Position numbers and translations under genes: made by a program. Under the pieces are notes generated by a model, which had not been told where the DNA came from, ran no database searches, and saw nothing but the letters and a program-made list of their open reading frames with translations. Below are positions 44,334-53,410 of a stretch of 64,000 bases of DNA, one piece after another; within the stretch, counting starts at the first letter, position 1; each line of letters begins with the position of its first letter. The stretch is from Nitrosopumilaceae archaeon (GTDB lineage Archaea > Thermoproteota > Nitrososphaeria > Nitrososphaerales > Nitrosopumilaceae): the NCBI GenBank assembly GCA_050117375.1, contig JASFMV010000001.1, positions 421-64,420 of the forward strand, read 5' to 3'.

Positions 44334-44450
44334 ATGAAAAAATTTAAAGACCTGTCTATCGGTTTTATTGTCGGTATTATTGACAGCTATGGGGCTGTGC
44401 ACTCTAGGTTTGATGATGATTGTAATGTCCAATTTTTAGAATTGGACTAA
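44334..44450 (+). CDS. small hypothetical protein (38 aa)
   Basis: ATG behind GGAG, followed by a terminator. Confidence 0.3.
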   Translation: MKKFKDLSIGFIVGIIDSYGAVHSRFDDDCNVQFLELD

Positions 44451-44462
44451 ACATAAAACTTT

Positions 44463-44492
44463 AACGGCCCTTATGTTTCGGGGCCGTTTTTT
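44463..44492 (+). terminator. rho-independent terminator
   Basis: AACGGCCC/GGGCCGTT followed by TTTTTT. Confidence 0.7.
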
Positions 44493-44509
44493 ATTTTAAG
44501 AGGTATTCA

Positions 44510-45400
44510 ATGTTTAATGCAAAAGCATTTTGCGAAGATTATGATATAACTATTCCAGATACAATAAAAAATACACAAGAGGGCTGGGTAAATATTTGCT
44601 GTCCTTTTTGCGATGATAGAACAAATCACGGCGGAATAAATATTGACGGCGGATATTATTATTGCTGGAAATGTGGATGGCACCCGTTATATGATTTAAT
44701 TTTAGAATTAACAAATTCTAATCCAAATAAAATTATACAACAATACTCCCGTCCTTTTATCCAAAAGAAAAAAAGAAAAAAGAAAGTTAAAGAACTTAAA
44801 CTGCCAGCAGAAACTATTCCGTTGCAAAAACCGCATAAAGATTATTTAATAAAAAGAAATTTAAACCCGGAACAATTAGTTATAGAATGGAACATTAAAG
44901 GAACAGATATCATTGGACCGTATAGTTATAGAATATTAGCACCGATCGAATATAAAAAAAGAATTGTTTCTTATCAAGCAAGGGATATTACCGGGAAATC
45001 TAGTTTACGTTATAAGGCTTGTAAAATAGATAATGAAATAATACAACATAAACATATTGTATACGGAATAGATAAAATAAAAAATAAAACAGGGATATTA
45101 GTTGAGGGCCTGATTGATGTTTGGAAGATTGGGCCGGGTGCTGTTTGTACGTTCGGTACTGCTTTTACTATTCAGCAAGTTCGATTTATAATAAAACATT
45201 TTGATAGAATATTTATTTTATACGATCAGGGACAAAAAGCACAAAAAAAGGCAAAAGAATTATCATATCAATTAAGTCCTTTTATCGATGTCGAATTATT
45301 AAAAATTTCTGGAAAATTTTCTGATCCGGGAAATATGACAAATAAAGAAGTTAGCTATTTAAGAAAGCATACAATCAAAAAATGGTATAATGCTAAATAA
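44510..45400 (+). CDS. DNA primase (zinc finger + TOPRIM)
   Basis: CCPFCDDRTNHGG...YYCWKCGWH zinc finger. TOPRIM-like ILVEGLIDVWK and ILYDQG. Confidence 0.65.
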   Translation: MFNAKAFCEDYDITIPDTIKNTQEGWVNICCPFCDDRTNHGGINIDGGYYYCWKCGWHPLYDLILELTNSNPNKIIQQYSRPFIQKKKRKKKVKELKLPAETIPLQKPHKDYLIKRNLNPEQLVIEWNIKGTDIIGPYSYRILAPIEYKKRIVSYQARDITGKSSLRYKACKIDNEIIQHKHIVYGIDKIKNKTGILVEGLIDVWKIGPGAVCTFGTAFTIQQVRFIIKHFDRIFILYDQGQKAQKKAKELSYQLSPFIDVELLKISGKFSDPGNMTNKEVSYLRKHTIKKWYNAK

Positions 45401-45403
45401 CTG

Positions 45404-45521
45404 CTCATAAAACCAGTACTTATAAATATAAAAATATATTAAGCAGTAAAAAAGTACTTTACTTTATTTACTTTATTCTGTATATTATATACATAAAGTT
45501 AATAAAGGAGATTTTAAAATG
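45404..45521 (+). repeat. promoter/5'UTR cassette, copy 2 (TTTACT 45458-45463, TATATT 45481-45486)
   Basis: See the entries for 16281-16394 and 39150-39270. Confidence 0.7.
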
Positions 45522-45668
45522 AATAAAAAACAAATTAAAAAAGCGTATAGATTTTATAACAAAGTTATTGAAGATAATTCTTTAAGATCAGAAATATCTA
45601 AACAAATTAAAAAACATTCGTTTAAACATTTTTTGTCTGTTTTAGAATTTGCTAACAGACAATTTTAA
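45519..45668 (+). CDS. small basic protein (49 aa)
   Basis: First ORF behind cassette copy 2. Confidence 0.4.
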   Translation: MNKKQIKKAYRFYNKVIEDNSLRSEISKQIKKHSFKHFLSVLEFANRQF

Positions 45669-45827
45669 AATAGACCTAGATTAACTCAAGTTTTAATTAC
45701 TGCATATCCGGCCAGGTGCAGTAGTTTGGGAAAAGGATGTACAGTTTTAAGAGTAGGATATAATTCTATTGGATTTTCTTGGAAAGCTGGCGCATACGGA
45801 TGTATATTATCTTATTAAGCCTTTATT

Positions 45828-45868
45828 AACTGCCCGAAAGCCGGCAACCGGCCGTAGGGCAGTTTTAT
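45828..45868 (+). terminator. terminator
   Basis: AACTGCCC/GGGCAGTT outer stem with an inner GCCGG/CCGGC stem, followed by TTTT. Confidence 0.55.
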
Positions 45869-45889
45869 ATAAATTTTTTTAAAAAATCC

Positions 45890-45920
45890 TTTACTTTTAT
45901 TTAGCATTATTTTATATAAT
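45890..45920 (+). promoter_or_regulatory. promoter class A (TTTACT ... TATATAAT)
   Basis: AAAAAATCCTTTACTT core. Confidence 0.4.
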
Positions 45921-45954
45921 CCTTTATGAAAGTAAAATTTATAAAATAAAAGAA

Positions 45955-45990
45955 GAAACAGGAAACAGCCGGATTTTCCTGTTTCTTTTT
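45955..45990 (+). terminator. leader terminator 1
   Basis: 11-bp stem GAAACAGGAAA/TTTCCTGTTTC followed by TTTTT. Confidence 0.6.
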
Positions 45991-45997
45991 GTTTATT

Positions 45998-46058
45998 AAA
46001 GGGTAATTATCATATATTCGGCCCCCATTTTTGGGGATATGGTGATTACCCTTTTTTT
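45998..46058 (+). terminator. leader terminator 2 (long composite hairpin)
   Basis: AAAGGGTAATTATCATAT pairs with ATATGGTGATTACCCTTT. There is an inner CCCC/GGGG hairpin, followed by TTTTTTT. Confidence 0.55.
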
Positions 46059-46079
46059 ATTCCCCGGAGGTACTTGTAA

Positions 46080-47276
46080 ATGATAATTAGAGTACAAAAA
46101 AACAAAAATAATCCATATGTAATAATTAATAAAAATTTTTTACAAAATAAAAATCTTTCTTGGAAAGCAAAGGGATTGTTATCTTATTTGCTGAGTTTGC
46201 CTGATAATTGGGAAATTAAGGTAGAAGATTTAAAAAACAGATCTACAGATGGAAGGGACTCTACCAATACTATTATTAAAGAACTTATTACGTACGGATA
46301 TATAAAAAGAAAACCAAAACCAAAAGAAAAAGGAAAATTTGGTGGATATGATTATATGGTTTATGAGGAACCGTTACTGGAAACCCGTAACGGTTTGTCC
46401 GTAACGGAAAACCCGAAAGTAGTAAATAATAATAATATAGTAAATAATAAAGAGGAAATAAATGACTCTAGCGAGTCAAAAACATCTTCTATGAATAAAA
46501 TAACAAAATATTGGAATAGTCTAAGCCATACAAGAAAACATAAGGAATCATCTAAAAAAACAAATCAAAAAATAAATCAGCTAATATTAGATTTAAAAAA
46601 TGGTAAATTTTCTAATTACTTTTGGGACAAAGAGTTTTTAAAAACAAATAAAATATCTAAAAAATATTTGTCTAAAAAATGGACAGATCAGGAAATCGAA
46701 AAAATATTAAAACGAGTTAATAATTTATACCGGTCAGAATATTGGCCGTATGATAAAACTAAATTGCCCCGTGATCTTAGTACCGTTTTTTATAATCAAT
46801 CAACAGGCAAATCGTTTTTTTTATTATGTCTCAAAAACCCGCCGCAGTTATTAAATAAAGAAAAAAGACAAAAACCGAAAAATGTAGAAATGTTTAATAA
46901 ATTTTTAGAGCTGTTTCCCAAAACTCCCCCATCCAAATTTGTAAAAATATTTAATGAATATTGGGAACGGGTGGAAAAAATAATGAATGAAATTGAGCCG
47001 TATTATCGACACACTTCATTCGGTTCCTATTTGGGAAATATAAAACATATGCATAGATTTGTGGATTTTCATATTGCATGGATAAAAAAACAAAGTAGCA
47101 TTTTCCCCGGACTTTTGAAAGGATGTCCGTGGGAAAATTTCAAAGATTTTGTATTATCTGAACATGGATATTATTTAGAACCGGATTCAGATATTATGAA
47201 ATTAATAATTAGAGATTGGGAACGGTCTCAAAGAAGATCAAAAAGGAGAAAAAAAAATGAGTACCTTGAAATGTAA
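46080..47276 (+). CDS. replication initiator / replisome organiser candidate (N-terminal wHTH)
   Basis: NPYVIINKNFLQNKNLSWKAKGLLSYLLSLPDNWEIKVEDL...IIKELITYGYIKR is a pattern typical of phage/plasmid replication-protein N-terminal domains. Confidence 0.5.
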   Translation: MIIRVQKNKNNPYVIINKNFLQNKNLSWKAKGLLSYLLSLPDNWEIKVEDLKNRSTDGRDSTNTIIKELITYGYIKRKPKPKEKGKFGGYDYMVYEEPLLETRNGLSVTENPKVVNNNNIVNNKEEINDSSESKTSSMNKITKYWNSLSHTRKHKESSKKTNQKINQLILDLKNGKFSNYFWDKEFLKTNKISKKYLSKKWTDQEIEKILKRVNNLYRSEYWPYDKTKLPRDLSTVFYNQSTGKSFFLLCLKNPPQLLNKEKRQKPKNVEMFNKFLELFPKTPPSKFVKIFNEYWERVEKIMNEIEPYYRHTSFGSYLGNIKHMHRFVDFHIAWIKKQSSIFPGLLKGCPWENFKDFVLSEHGYYLEPDSDIMKLIIRDWERSQRRSKRRKKNEYLEM

Positions 47277-47697
47277 AGCTTGGAATAAAAAAACAAAAAA
47301 AATGTTTCGTGGAGGCCCGGCTGATTTGCTTATGGATTTTCGTGACAGTAAAATTTATGAGTTTGATTTTGAGAATAATGATTGGAACGAAACAAACGAT
47401 TATGAAATATTGCAATATACCGGATTAAAAGATAAAAACGGTAAAAAAATTTATGAAGGGGATATTATACTTACTCAAACTTATTCTACCCGTCCTTATT
47501 CTGTTAACGCAAAATTTAAAAGATTTAAGGCTGTTGTTGAATTAGTAATAGATACTACTTGTGATGTGTCTGAGTATCGGGCAATTATAAAAGAAAAAAT
47601 GGAAAATTATAGATATTCTTCGTTTGGTGATTTTTTTGATTGTGAAGTGATAGGTAATATATATGAAAATCCGGAATTGTTAAAAGAGGAAAAATGA
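47257..47697 (+). CDS. YopX-family protein
   Basis: KAWNKKTKKM...ILQYTGLKDKNGKKIYEGDII...GNIYENPELL. Confidence 0.8.
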   Translation: MSTLKCKAWNKKTKKMFRGGPADLLMDFRDSKIYEFDFENNDWNETNDYEILQYTGLKDKNGKKIYEGDIILTQTYSTRPYSVNAKFKRFKAVVELVIDTTCDVSEYRAIIKEKMENYRYSSFGDFFDCEVIGNIYENPELLKEEK

Positions 47698-49088
47698 ATA
47701 TGAAAATAATCAAAAAGAAAATTGATTCAGAGCCGGAAAAGGATTTGTTAATAGGACTGATTGTTTCAGACAGGTTTATCCGGGAAATATTTCCTATATT
47801 GGATTTGTCATACATTCAAATCAGTTATATTAAAAAAATAGCTGGGTGGTGTGTTGCATATTATAAAAAATATAATAAAGCACCTTTTCAGGATATAGAA
47901 AAAATATTTAAACAAGAAAAACGAAAAGGTAAACTGAAAGATGAAATGATTGAGTTGATAGAAGATTTTTTAATTCAGCTCAATAAGCGATATACAGAAT
48001 TAGAAAATTTTAATGAAAAATATTTAATTGATTCCGCGGAATTTTATTTAAAAAAACGCAACATGGAATTATTGCGGGATGATTTGGATGTGTATTTGAT
48101 TCAAAATGAAATTGGAAAAGCGGAGTTGTTGTTATCGTCTCATAGCAGGATAGAAAAATTACATTCTAATTATATAGATGTCATAAAAGACCATAAAAAA
48201 ATAATTTCTAGTTTGATGCAGGATGATAATGAAATATTTAGTTTTCCCGGGGCGTTGGGAGAGTTGGTAGGCCCAGTATGTAGAGGTGATTTTTTTAGTT
48301 TTATTGCGCCTGCAAAAAGGGGAAAATCCTGGTGGCTGATTGATTTTGCAGTTCGCTCATTGTTCAAGCAGCTTAAAGTTTTATTTGTGAGTATGGAAAT
48401 GCCGGAGAAACAATTGTTGCAGCGCATACACCAGGGAATGCATGGACAAAGCAAAAAAGAAAGACATGAAATACAGATACCGTTTTTTACAGAGAAAAAT
48501 GAATTACGGCATACATTTGAAAAAAGAAAAGGGCTGAGTGTAAAAAAGGTAATTGAGAAAGCAAAAAAATTAGAGGTGATGATTGGACAGGGGCAATTAA
48601 ATATTGTTTGTTACCCGTCCCGGAGTGTGAATTTAGATATGATAAAAAATGAAATACAAAATGCAGCTCACTATACTAAATTTTACCCTGATGTAATTGT
48701 TATAGACTATTTGGATATTTTAAAACCTGAACCCAGTTCCCCACGTGAAATACGGCATGCAATTGATTATACCTGGTCTACTGCTAGGGGACTTGCTCAA
48801 GAAATAAATTGTATTGTGGTAACTGCCAGCCAGGGTAACCGGTCTACATTTAAAAAAGACATTGATGAAGAGGGAGTTGCTGAAGATATTAGAAAGTTGG
48901 CGCATGTAACACATATGATAGCATTAAATCAGAGCAAAGAAAATAAAGAAAATAATGTTATGCGTTTGGGATCTCTAGTTGTCCGGGAAGAGGAATTTTT
49001 TGTCGGTGAGGAAGTGTTAGTGGCATACCAATACGGGATAGGGAAGGCATACCTGGATAGCCGGTGGGAGAAAGATGTTCTTTTTTAA
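47694..49088 (+). CDS. DnaB-like replicative helicase
   Basis: Walker A APAKRGKSW, Walker B VIVIDYLDIL, and the RecA-fold segment VVTASQGNR. Confidence 0.65.
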   Translation: MNMKIIKKKIDSEPEKDLLIGLIVSDRFIREIFPILDLSYIQISYIKKIAGWCVAYYKKYNKAPFQDIEKIFKQEKRKGKLKDEMIELIEDFLIQLNKRYTELENFNEKYLIDSAEFYLKKRNMELLRDDLDVYLIQNEIGKAELLLSSHSRIEKLHSNYIDVIKDHKKIISSLMQDDNEIFSFPGALGELVGPVCRGDFFSFIAPAKRGKSWWLIDFAVRSLFKQLKVLFVSMEMPEKQLLQRIHQGMHGQSKKERHEIQIPFFTEKNELRHTFEKRKGLSVKKVIEKAKKLEVMIGQGQLNIVCYPSRSVNLDMIKNEIQNAAHYTKFYPDVIVIDYLDILKPEPSSPREIRHAIDYTWSTARGLAQEINCIVVTASQGNRSTFKKDIDEEGVAEDIRKLAHVTHMIALNQSKENKENNVMRLGSLVVREEEFFVGEEVLVAYQYGIGKAYLDSRWEKDVLF

Positions 49089-49095
49089 AAAAAGT

Positions 49096-49124
49096 TTTCT
49101 TTTTTTTTCATAAAAACGTATAAT
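49096..49124 (+). promoter_or_regulatory. promoter class B (TTTCTT-N17-TATAATATAA)
   Basis: See the entry for 18064-18092. Confidence 0.5.
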
Positions 49125-49153
49125 ATAATTATAAATAACAAAAGGAGAAATAA

Positions 49154-49753
49154 ATGAAAAAACAAATAATTGCAGCAATTAAGGATATTTCAGAGCTGGG
49201 AGTGGATTTTGATATATCGCTGGATGAAGCTGAAAAATATGGCGAGGATGTTTTGATTGCAGAATTGGAAGAGGCGGCTGTCATTTTGGAAGACGGCGAC
49301 AAATTACAAAAATCTACAGTTGATACTTTTACAGAATTGGAAATTGATATACCGGCAGGAATAAAAATTGTCCCGTCTAAAAAACCAGTTACCAAAAAAC
49401 CGGTTTCCAATAAAAAATCTAAAAAGCAAAAAAAAGCACCGATTAAAAAATCTAAAAAAAATGAAAAACCAAAATCTGCAAAACCAAAAACAGATAAAAA
49501 AGAAATTAAAAAATCCCAAAAAAATAAATACCGAAAAAAAAGCAGTGATTTGAGTAATGAACTGGCAAAACTTTTAGAAGAGGCAGATTACACACAAAAA
49601 GAAATCAGGGAGGAGTTGTTTGATCGTTTTGATGGAAAGATACCAAAAAAAAGAATTTCTGATTTGCTTTCCTGTGTGAAAAACCCTAAATATAATATTT
49701 TTGATAATTTGGTTGTTATTGATGATGATGGGATAATGAAATTTGAAAAGTGA
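49154..49753 (+). CDS. acidic N-terminus / lysine-rich low-complexity protein
   Basis: Central KKPVTKKPVSNKKSKKQKKAPIKKSKKNEKPKSAKPKTDKK tract. Confidence 0.55.
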   Translation: MKKQIIAAIKDISELGVDFDISLDEAEKYGEDVLIAELEEAAVILEDGDKLQKSTVDTFTELEIDIPAGIKIVPSKKPVTKKPVSNKKSKKQKKAPIKKSKKNEKPKSAKPKTDKKEIKKSQKNKYRKKSSDLSNELAKLLEEADYTQKEIREELFDRFDGKIPKKRISDLLSCVKNPKYNIFDNLVVIDDDGIMKFEK

Positions 49754-50807
49754 ATATGATTATATTTGGCATTTAAAAAATGCTGACTTTAAAAAAGATA
49801 AGGGAAAAGTTTTTTCCGGTTTTGCTGGTGGTGGCGGTTCAACAATGGGATATAAACTAGCTGGGTTTGATGTTATTGGATTTAATGAAGTGGATAAAAA
49901 AATGGCTGAATGTTATATTCAAAATCACAATCCAAAATATTCATATGTAGAACCAATACAAAAATTTAAAATTAGAAATAATCTGCCTGATGCTTTATAT
50001 GATCTTGATATATTAGACGGCAGTCCGCCATGCTCTTCTTTTTCTATTGCCGGCAATCGGCATAGGGATTGGGGCAAAGAAAAACAATTTAGAGAGGGAA
50101 TGGAAAAGCAAATCCTTGATACATTGTTTTTTGATTTTATTGACTTGGCAAAAAAATTACAATCAAAAGTTGTAGTGGCTGAAAATGTTCATGGTATTTT
50201 GCTTGGCATGGCAAAAAAATATATGAAAAATATATTGTATGCATTTGATGCAGCTAATTATTTTGTTGATTTTAAATTATTGGATTCTTCTTTGATGGGA
50301 GTTCCTCAAGTTCGGCGGCGTGTTATATTTTATGCAATACGGAAAGATTTGATTAAAAATATTAAACATACTGGCATGCATATAAAAAAACCGGTACTGG
50401 ATTTAGATTTTAATTTTGATACGATTTTTTTTGAAAAAATAATGGATGAAAATGGAGACAAAATAACAAAACATAATTATGATATTTGGAAACATAGAAA
50501 ATATGGGGAAAAGGTTATGTTTCGCACTAAAAAAAGAATTGGAATGAAAGCAAGTAATTTTCCATTGCAATATGTTTACAAAGAAAATGTTATGCCAGTT
50601 ATACCGTCTACCGGGAAAAACGCATTGTGTTTGTTTCATAAACCTTTAAAGGTTAGTGAAACTGAAATTATAAAAGGATCAACGTTTCCATTAGATTATA
50701 ATTTTTGCAATGCAAATATTAATTATGTGTGTGGGATGTCTGTTCCACCTGTTATGATGGCAAATATATCAAAAAGGATTTATGATCAATGGCTGAAGAA
50801 TATATAG
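49743..50807 (+). CDS. DNA (cytosine-5)-methyltransferase
   Basis: Motif I FSGFAGGGG, motif IV GSPPCSSFS, motif VI AENV, motif VIII QVRRRV, and motif X GMSVPPV. Start is TTG. Confidence 0.8.
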   Translation: MKSEYDYIWHLKNADFKKDKGKVFSGFAGGGGSTMGYKLAGFDVIGFNEVDKKMAECYIQNHNPKYSYVEPIQKFKIRNNLPDALYDLDILDGSPPCSSFSIAGNRHRDWGKEKQFREGMEKQILDTLFFDFIDLAKKLQSKVVVAENVHGILLGMAKKYMKNILYAFDAANYFVDFKLLDSSLMGVPQVRRRVIFYAIRKDLIKNIKHTGMHIKKPVLDLDFNFDTIFFEKIMDENGDKITKHNYDIWKHRKYGEKVMFRTKKRIGMKASNFPLQYVYKENVMPVIPSTGKNALCLFHKPLKVSETEIIKGSTFPLDYNFCNANINYVCGMSVPPVMMANISKRIYDQWLKNI

Positions 50808-53038
50808 ATTTTTTAAAAAGCAAAATTAAAAAAATTGATAATTGTGGGTTTGATATTGGTGTTGAAAATATAAACCCGGTTTTATATAAATTTCAAAAAT
50901 ACATTGTTTCTTTGTCTTTGAAAAAAGGCAAGTTTGCTGTGTTTGGAGAAACAGGGACAGGCAAAACAGCAATACAATTATCCTGGGCAGAAGAGGTTGT
51001 TAAAAAAACAAAAAAAAATGTTTTGATATTTGCCCCTTTGGGAGTTAATGCACAAACAATACAAAAAGGAAAAAATACATTTAATGTTATTGTCAACAAA
51101 TTACAACATTTTGATGAAATAAATGCTCCGGCAATTTATATTTCTAATTATGAGCAAATTGATAATATAAATATTAATGATTTTGTTGGTATTGCATTAG
51201 ATGAAAGTAGTATTTTAAAATCTTTTTGTGGAAAAATGAGAAATAAAATAATTGATGTTTGTAAAGATGTAAAATACAAATTGGCACTTACGGCTACACC
51301 GTCCCCGAATGATCTTATGGAACTTGGAAATCATTCTGAATTTTTAAATGAAATGTCTTATAGTGAAATGCTGGCAATGTTTTTTGTTCATGATGGTGGG
51401 AACACATCAAACTGGATTTTAAAAAATCATGCAAAAAATGATTTTTATTCCTGGGTAGGTGAATGGGCGGTTGTATATACTAATCCGGCTGATTTGGGTT
51501 TTAAAAATGAATCTAAAATGTATGAATTGCCGGATATACAATATAATGAAATAAAAATAAAAACACCGAAAAAAAATAATGGATTGTTATTTAATGATTT
51601 TGCTGTTAATGCAACTTCGTTTAACAAGGAATTGCGAAGAACAATTGAAATCAGAATGAATGAAGTTAAAAAAATTATTGATGGCAACAAAAATGAATTT
51701 ATTATTGTATGGGTAAAACAAAATGCTGAGGCTGACTATTTAAAAAATATTTTGAATGGCTATGATTATAGAGAGGTCAGAGGCAGTGATCCAATACAAA
51801 AAAAAGAAAAAAATCTGATAGGATTTTTAAATAAAAAATTTAAAATACTTATTACAAAAGAAAGTATTGCCGGTATGGGTTTAGATTATTCGCATTGTCA
51901 TATTCAAATACATGCCGGGCTTGATTTTAGTTTTGAAAAATTATATCAATCGGTTCGGCGTAGTTACCGGTTTGGTCAAAAAGAAAAAGTACATATACAT
52001 ATTATAACTACAGACACAATGCACAATGTAATAGCAATAATAAAAAGAAAGGAAAAAACATTTAACATGATGAGGGACGAAATGAAAAAAGTTGTTAATA
52101 AAAAAAGGAACAAAAAAATAAAGTTGGCAAATGATACTGATGTATTTACAATTGATGATTGTATTTTGGTGAAGGGTGATTGTGTTCAAAAAATTAAAGA
52201 CATAAAAAGTGAAAGTATTGGCTATAGTATTTTCAGTCCGCCTTTTGCCAGCTTGTATACATATAGTGATCACATTGAAGATATGGGCAACAGTAAAAAT
52301 TATAAACAGTTTTTTCAGCATTTTTCTTTTTTGGTTGATGAACTGTACCGGGTGATTGAAAGCGGGCGCAATGTTTCTGTGCATTGTATGAATATTCCCA
52401 CAAGAAAACAATTTGACGGATATATTGGTTTGTATGATTTCAGAGGAGATATTATTAATTTATTTAAAGAAAAAGGGTTTATTTATCATTCAGAGGTTTG
52501 TATCTGGAAAAATCCTGTTGTTGCGATGCAAAGAACAAAAGCGCTTGGGCTGTTGCACAAGCAAATAAAAAAAGATTCTACTATGTGCCGGCAGGGACTT
52601 CCTGATTATTTAATCACATTCCGTAAACCAGGTGAAAATAAAAAACCTGTTGCCGGGGAGTTTGATCATTATTGTGGTGAAGATAAATTTTTCGGAAATA
52701 AAAATATGTCTATTGAGATCTGGCAGCGGTATGCCAGTCCTGTGTGGATGGATATAAACCCGTCTAATACATTGCAGTTTAGAAATGCAAAAGATGAAAA
52801 TGATGAAAAACATATCTGTCCATTGCAGCTGGATGTTATACATCGTGCATTACAGTTGTGGTCGATTGAAGGGGATATTGTATTAGATCCGTTTTCCGGG
52901 ATTGGCAGTACGCCGTATGAATCGTTATTGCTAAATAGGTTGGCATATGCGATAGAACTAAAAAGTTCTTACTATGAAGAAGCAAAAAAAAATATTAAAT
53001 TGGCGGTAAATGAAAAAATGAGAAAAAAATTTTTTTAG
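50789..53038 (+). CDS. SF2 helicase-like domain fused to an N4/N6 DNA methyltransferase
   Basis: The N-terminal half has GETGTGKT, LDESS and TATPSPND, then YQSVRRSYRFGQ. The C-terminal half has SPPF (motif IV) and, later, LDPFSGIGST (motif I), which is the beta-class order. Confidence 0.75.
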   Translation: MAEEYIDFLKSKIKKIDNCGFDIGVENINPVLYKFQKYIVSLSLKKGKFAVFGETGTGKTAIQLSWAEEVVKKTKKNVLIFAPLGVNAQTIQKGKNTFNVIVNKLQHFDEINAPAIYISNYEQIDNININDFVGIALDESSILKSFCGKMRNKIIDVCKDVKYKLALTATPSPNDLMELGNHSEFLNEMSYSEMLAMFFVHDGGNTSNWILKNHAKNDFYSWVGEWAVVYTNPADLGFKNESKMYELPDIQYNEIKIKTPKKNNGLLFNDFAVNATSFNKELRRTIEIRMNEVKKIIDGNKNEFIIVWVKQNAEADYLKNILNGYDYREVRGSDPIQKKEKNLIGFLNKKFKILITKESIAGMGLDYSHCHIQIHAGLDFSFEKLYQSVRRSYRFGQKEKVHIHIITTDTMHNVIAIIKRKEKTFNMMRDEMKKVVNKKRNKKIKLANDTDVFTIDDCILVKGDCVQKIKDIKSESIGYSIFSPPFASLYTYSDHIEDMGNSKNYKQFFQHFSFLVDELYRVIESGRNVSVHCMNIPTRKQFDGYIGLYDFRGDIINLFKEKGFIYHSEVCIWKNPVVAMQRTKALGLLHKQIKKDSTMCRQGLPDYLITFRKPGENKKPVAGEFDHYCGEDKFFGNKNMSIEIWQRYASPVWMDINPSNTLQFRNAKDENDEKHICPLQLDVIHRALQLWSIEGDIVLDPFSGIGSTPYESLLLNRLAYAIELKSSYYEEAKKNIKLAVNEKMRKKFF

Positions 53039-53051
53039 GAGAAAATTATAT

Positions 53052-53396
53052 ATGTATAATAATATTAGGGTTTATGTTGCTGGAGCGTATAGTGCATGCA
53101 ATGTTTTAGATGTATTAAAAAATATTGGAAAGGGAGAAAAATTGTCTTTAGAGGTTTTTAAAGCGGGGTTTTGTCCGTGGCATGATAAGGATTTTATTAT
53201 ACATGATCCTGATTTTGAATATACAGTTGATATGTTTTATAATTATTCCCTTGCTTGGTTGGAAGTTTCTGATTGTGTGTTGTTGGTTCCAGGATGGGAA
53301 AATAGTATTGGAACCAAAAAAGAAATTGAAATGGCAAAGGAATTAAAATTAAAAATATATTATTCTTTGGAAGATTTAAAAAATGATTATAATTAA
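53052..53396 (+). CDS. DUF4406 / nucleoside 2-deoxyribosyltransferase-like protein
   Basis: VYVAGAYS...CVLLVPGWENSIGTKKEIEMAKEL pattern. Confidence 0.45.
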   Translation: MYNNIRVYVAGAYSACNVLDVLKNIGKGEKLSLEVFKAGFCPWHDKDFIIHDPDFEYTVDMFYNYSLAWLEVSDCVLLVPGWENSIGTKKEIEMAKELKLKIYYSLEDLKNDYN

Positions 53397-53410
53397 GGAG
53401 AAAATTATAT

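Noticed and set aside
45669-45830. A 53-codon open frame directly after the TAA of 45519..45668, possibly a read-through extension
   Set aside because: It has no start codon and no RBS, and there is no evidence for TAA read-through elsewhere. It is more likely chance or a decayed gene.
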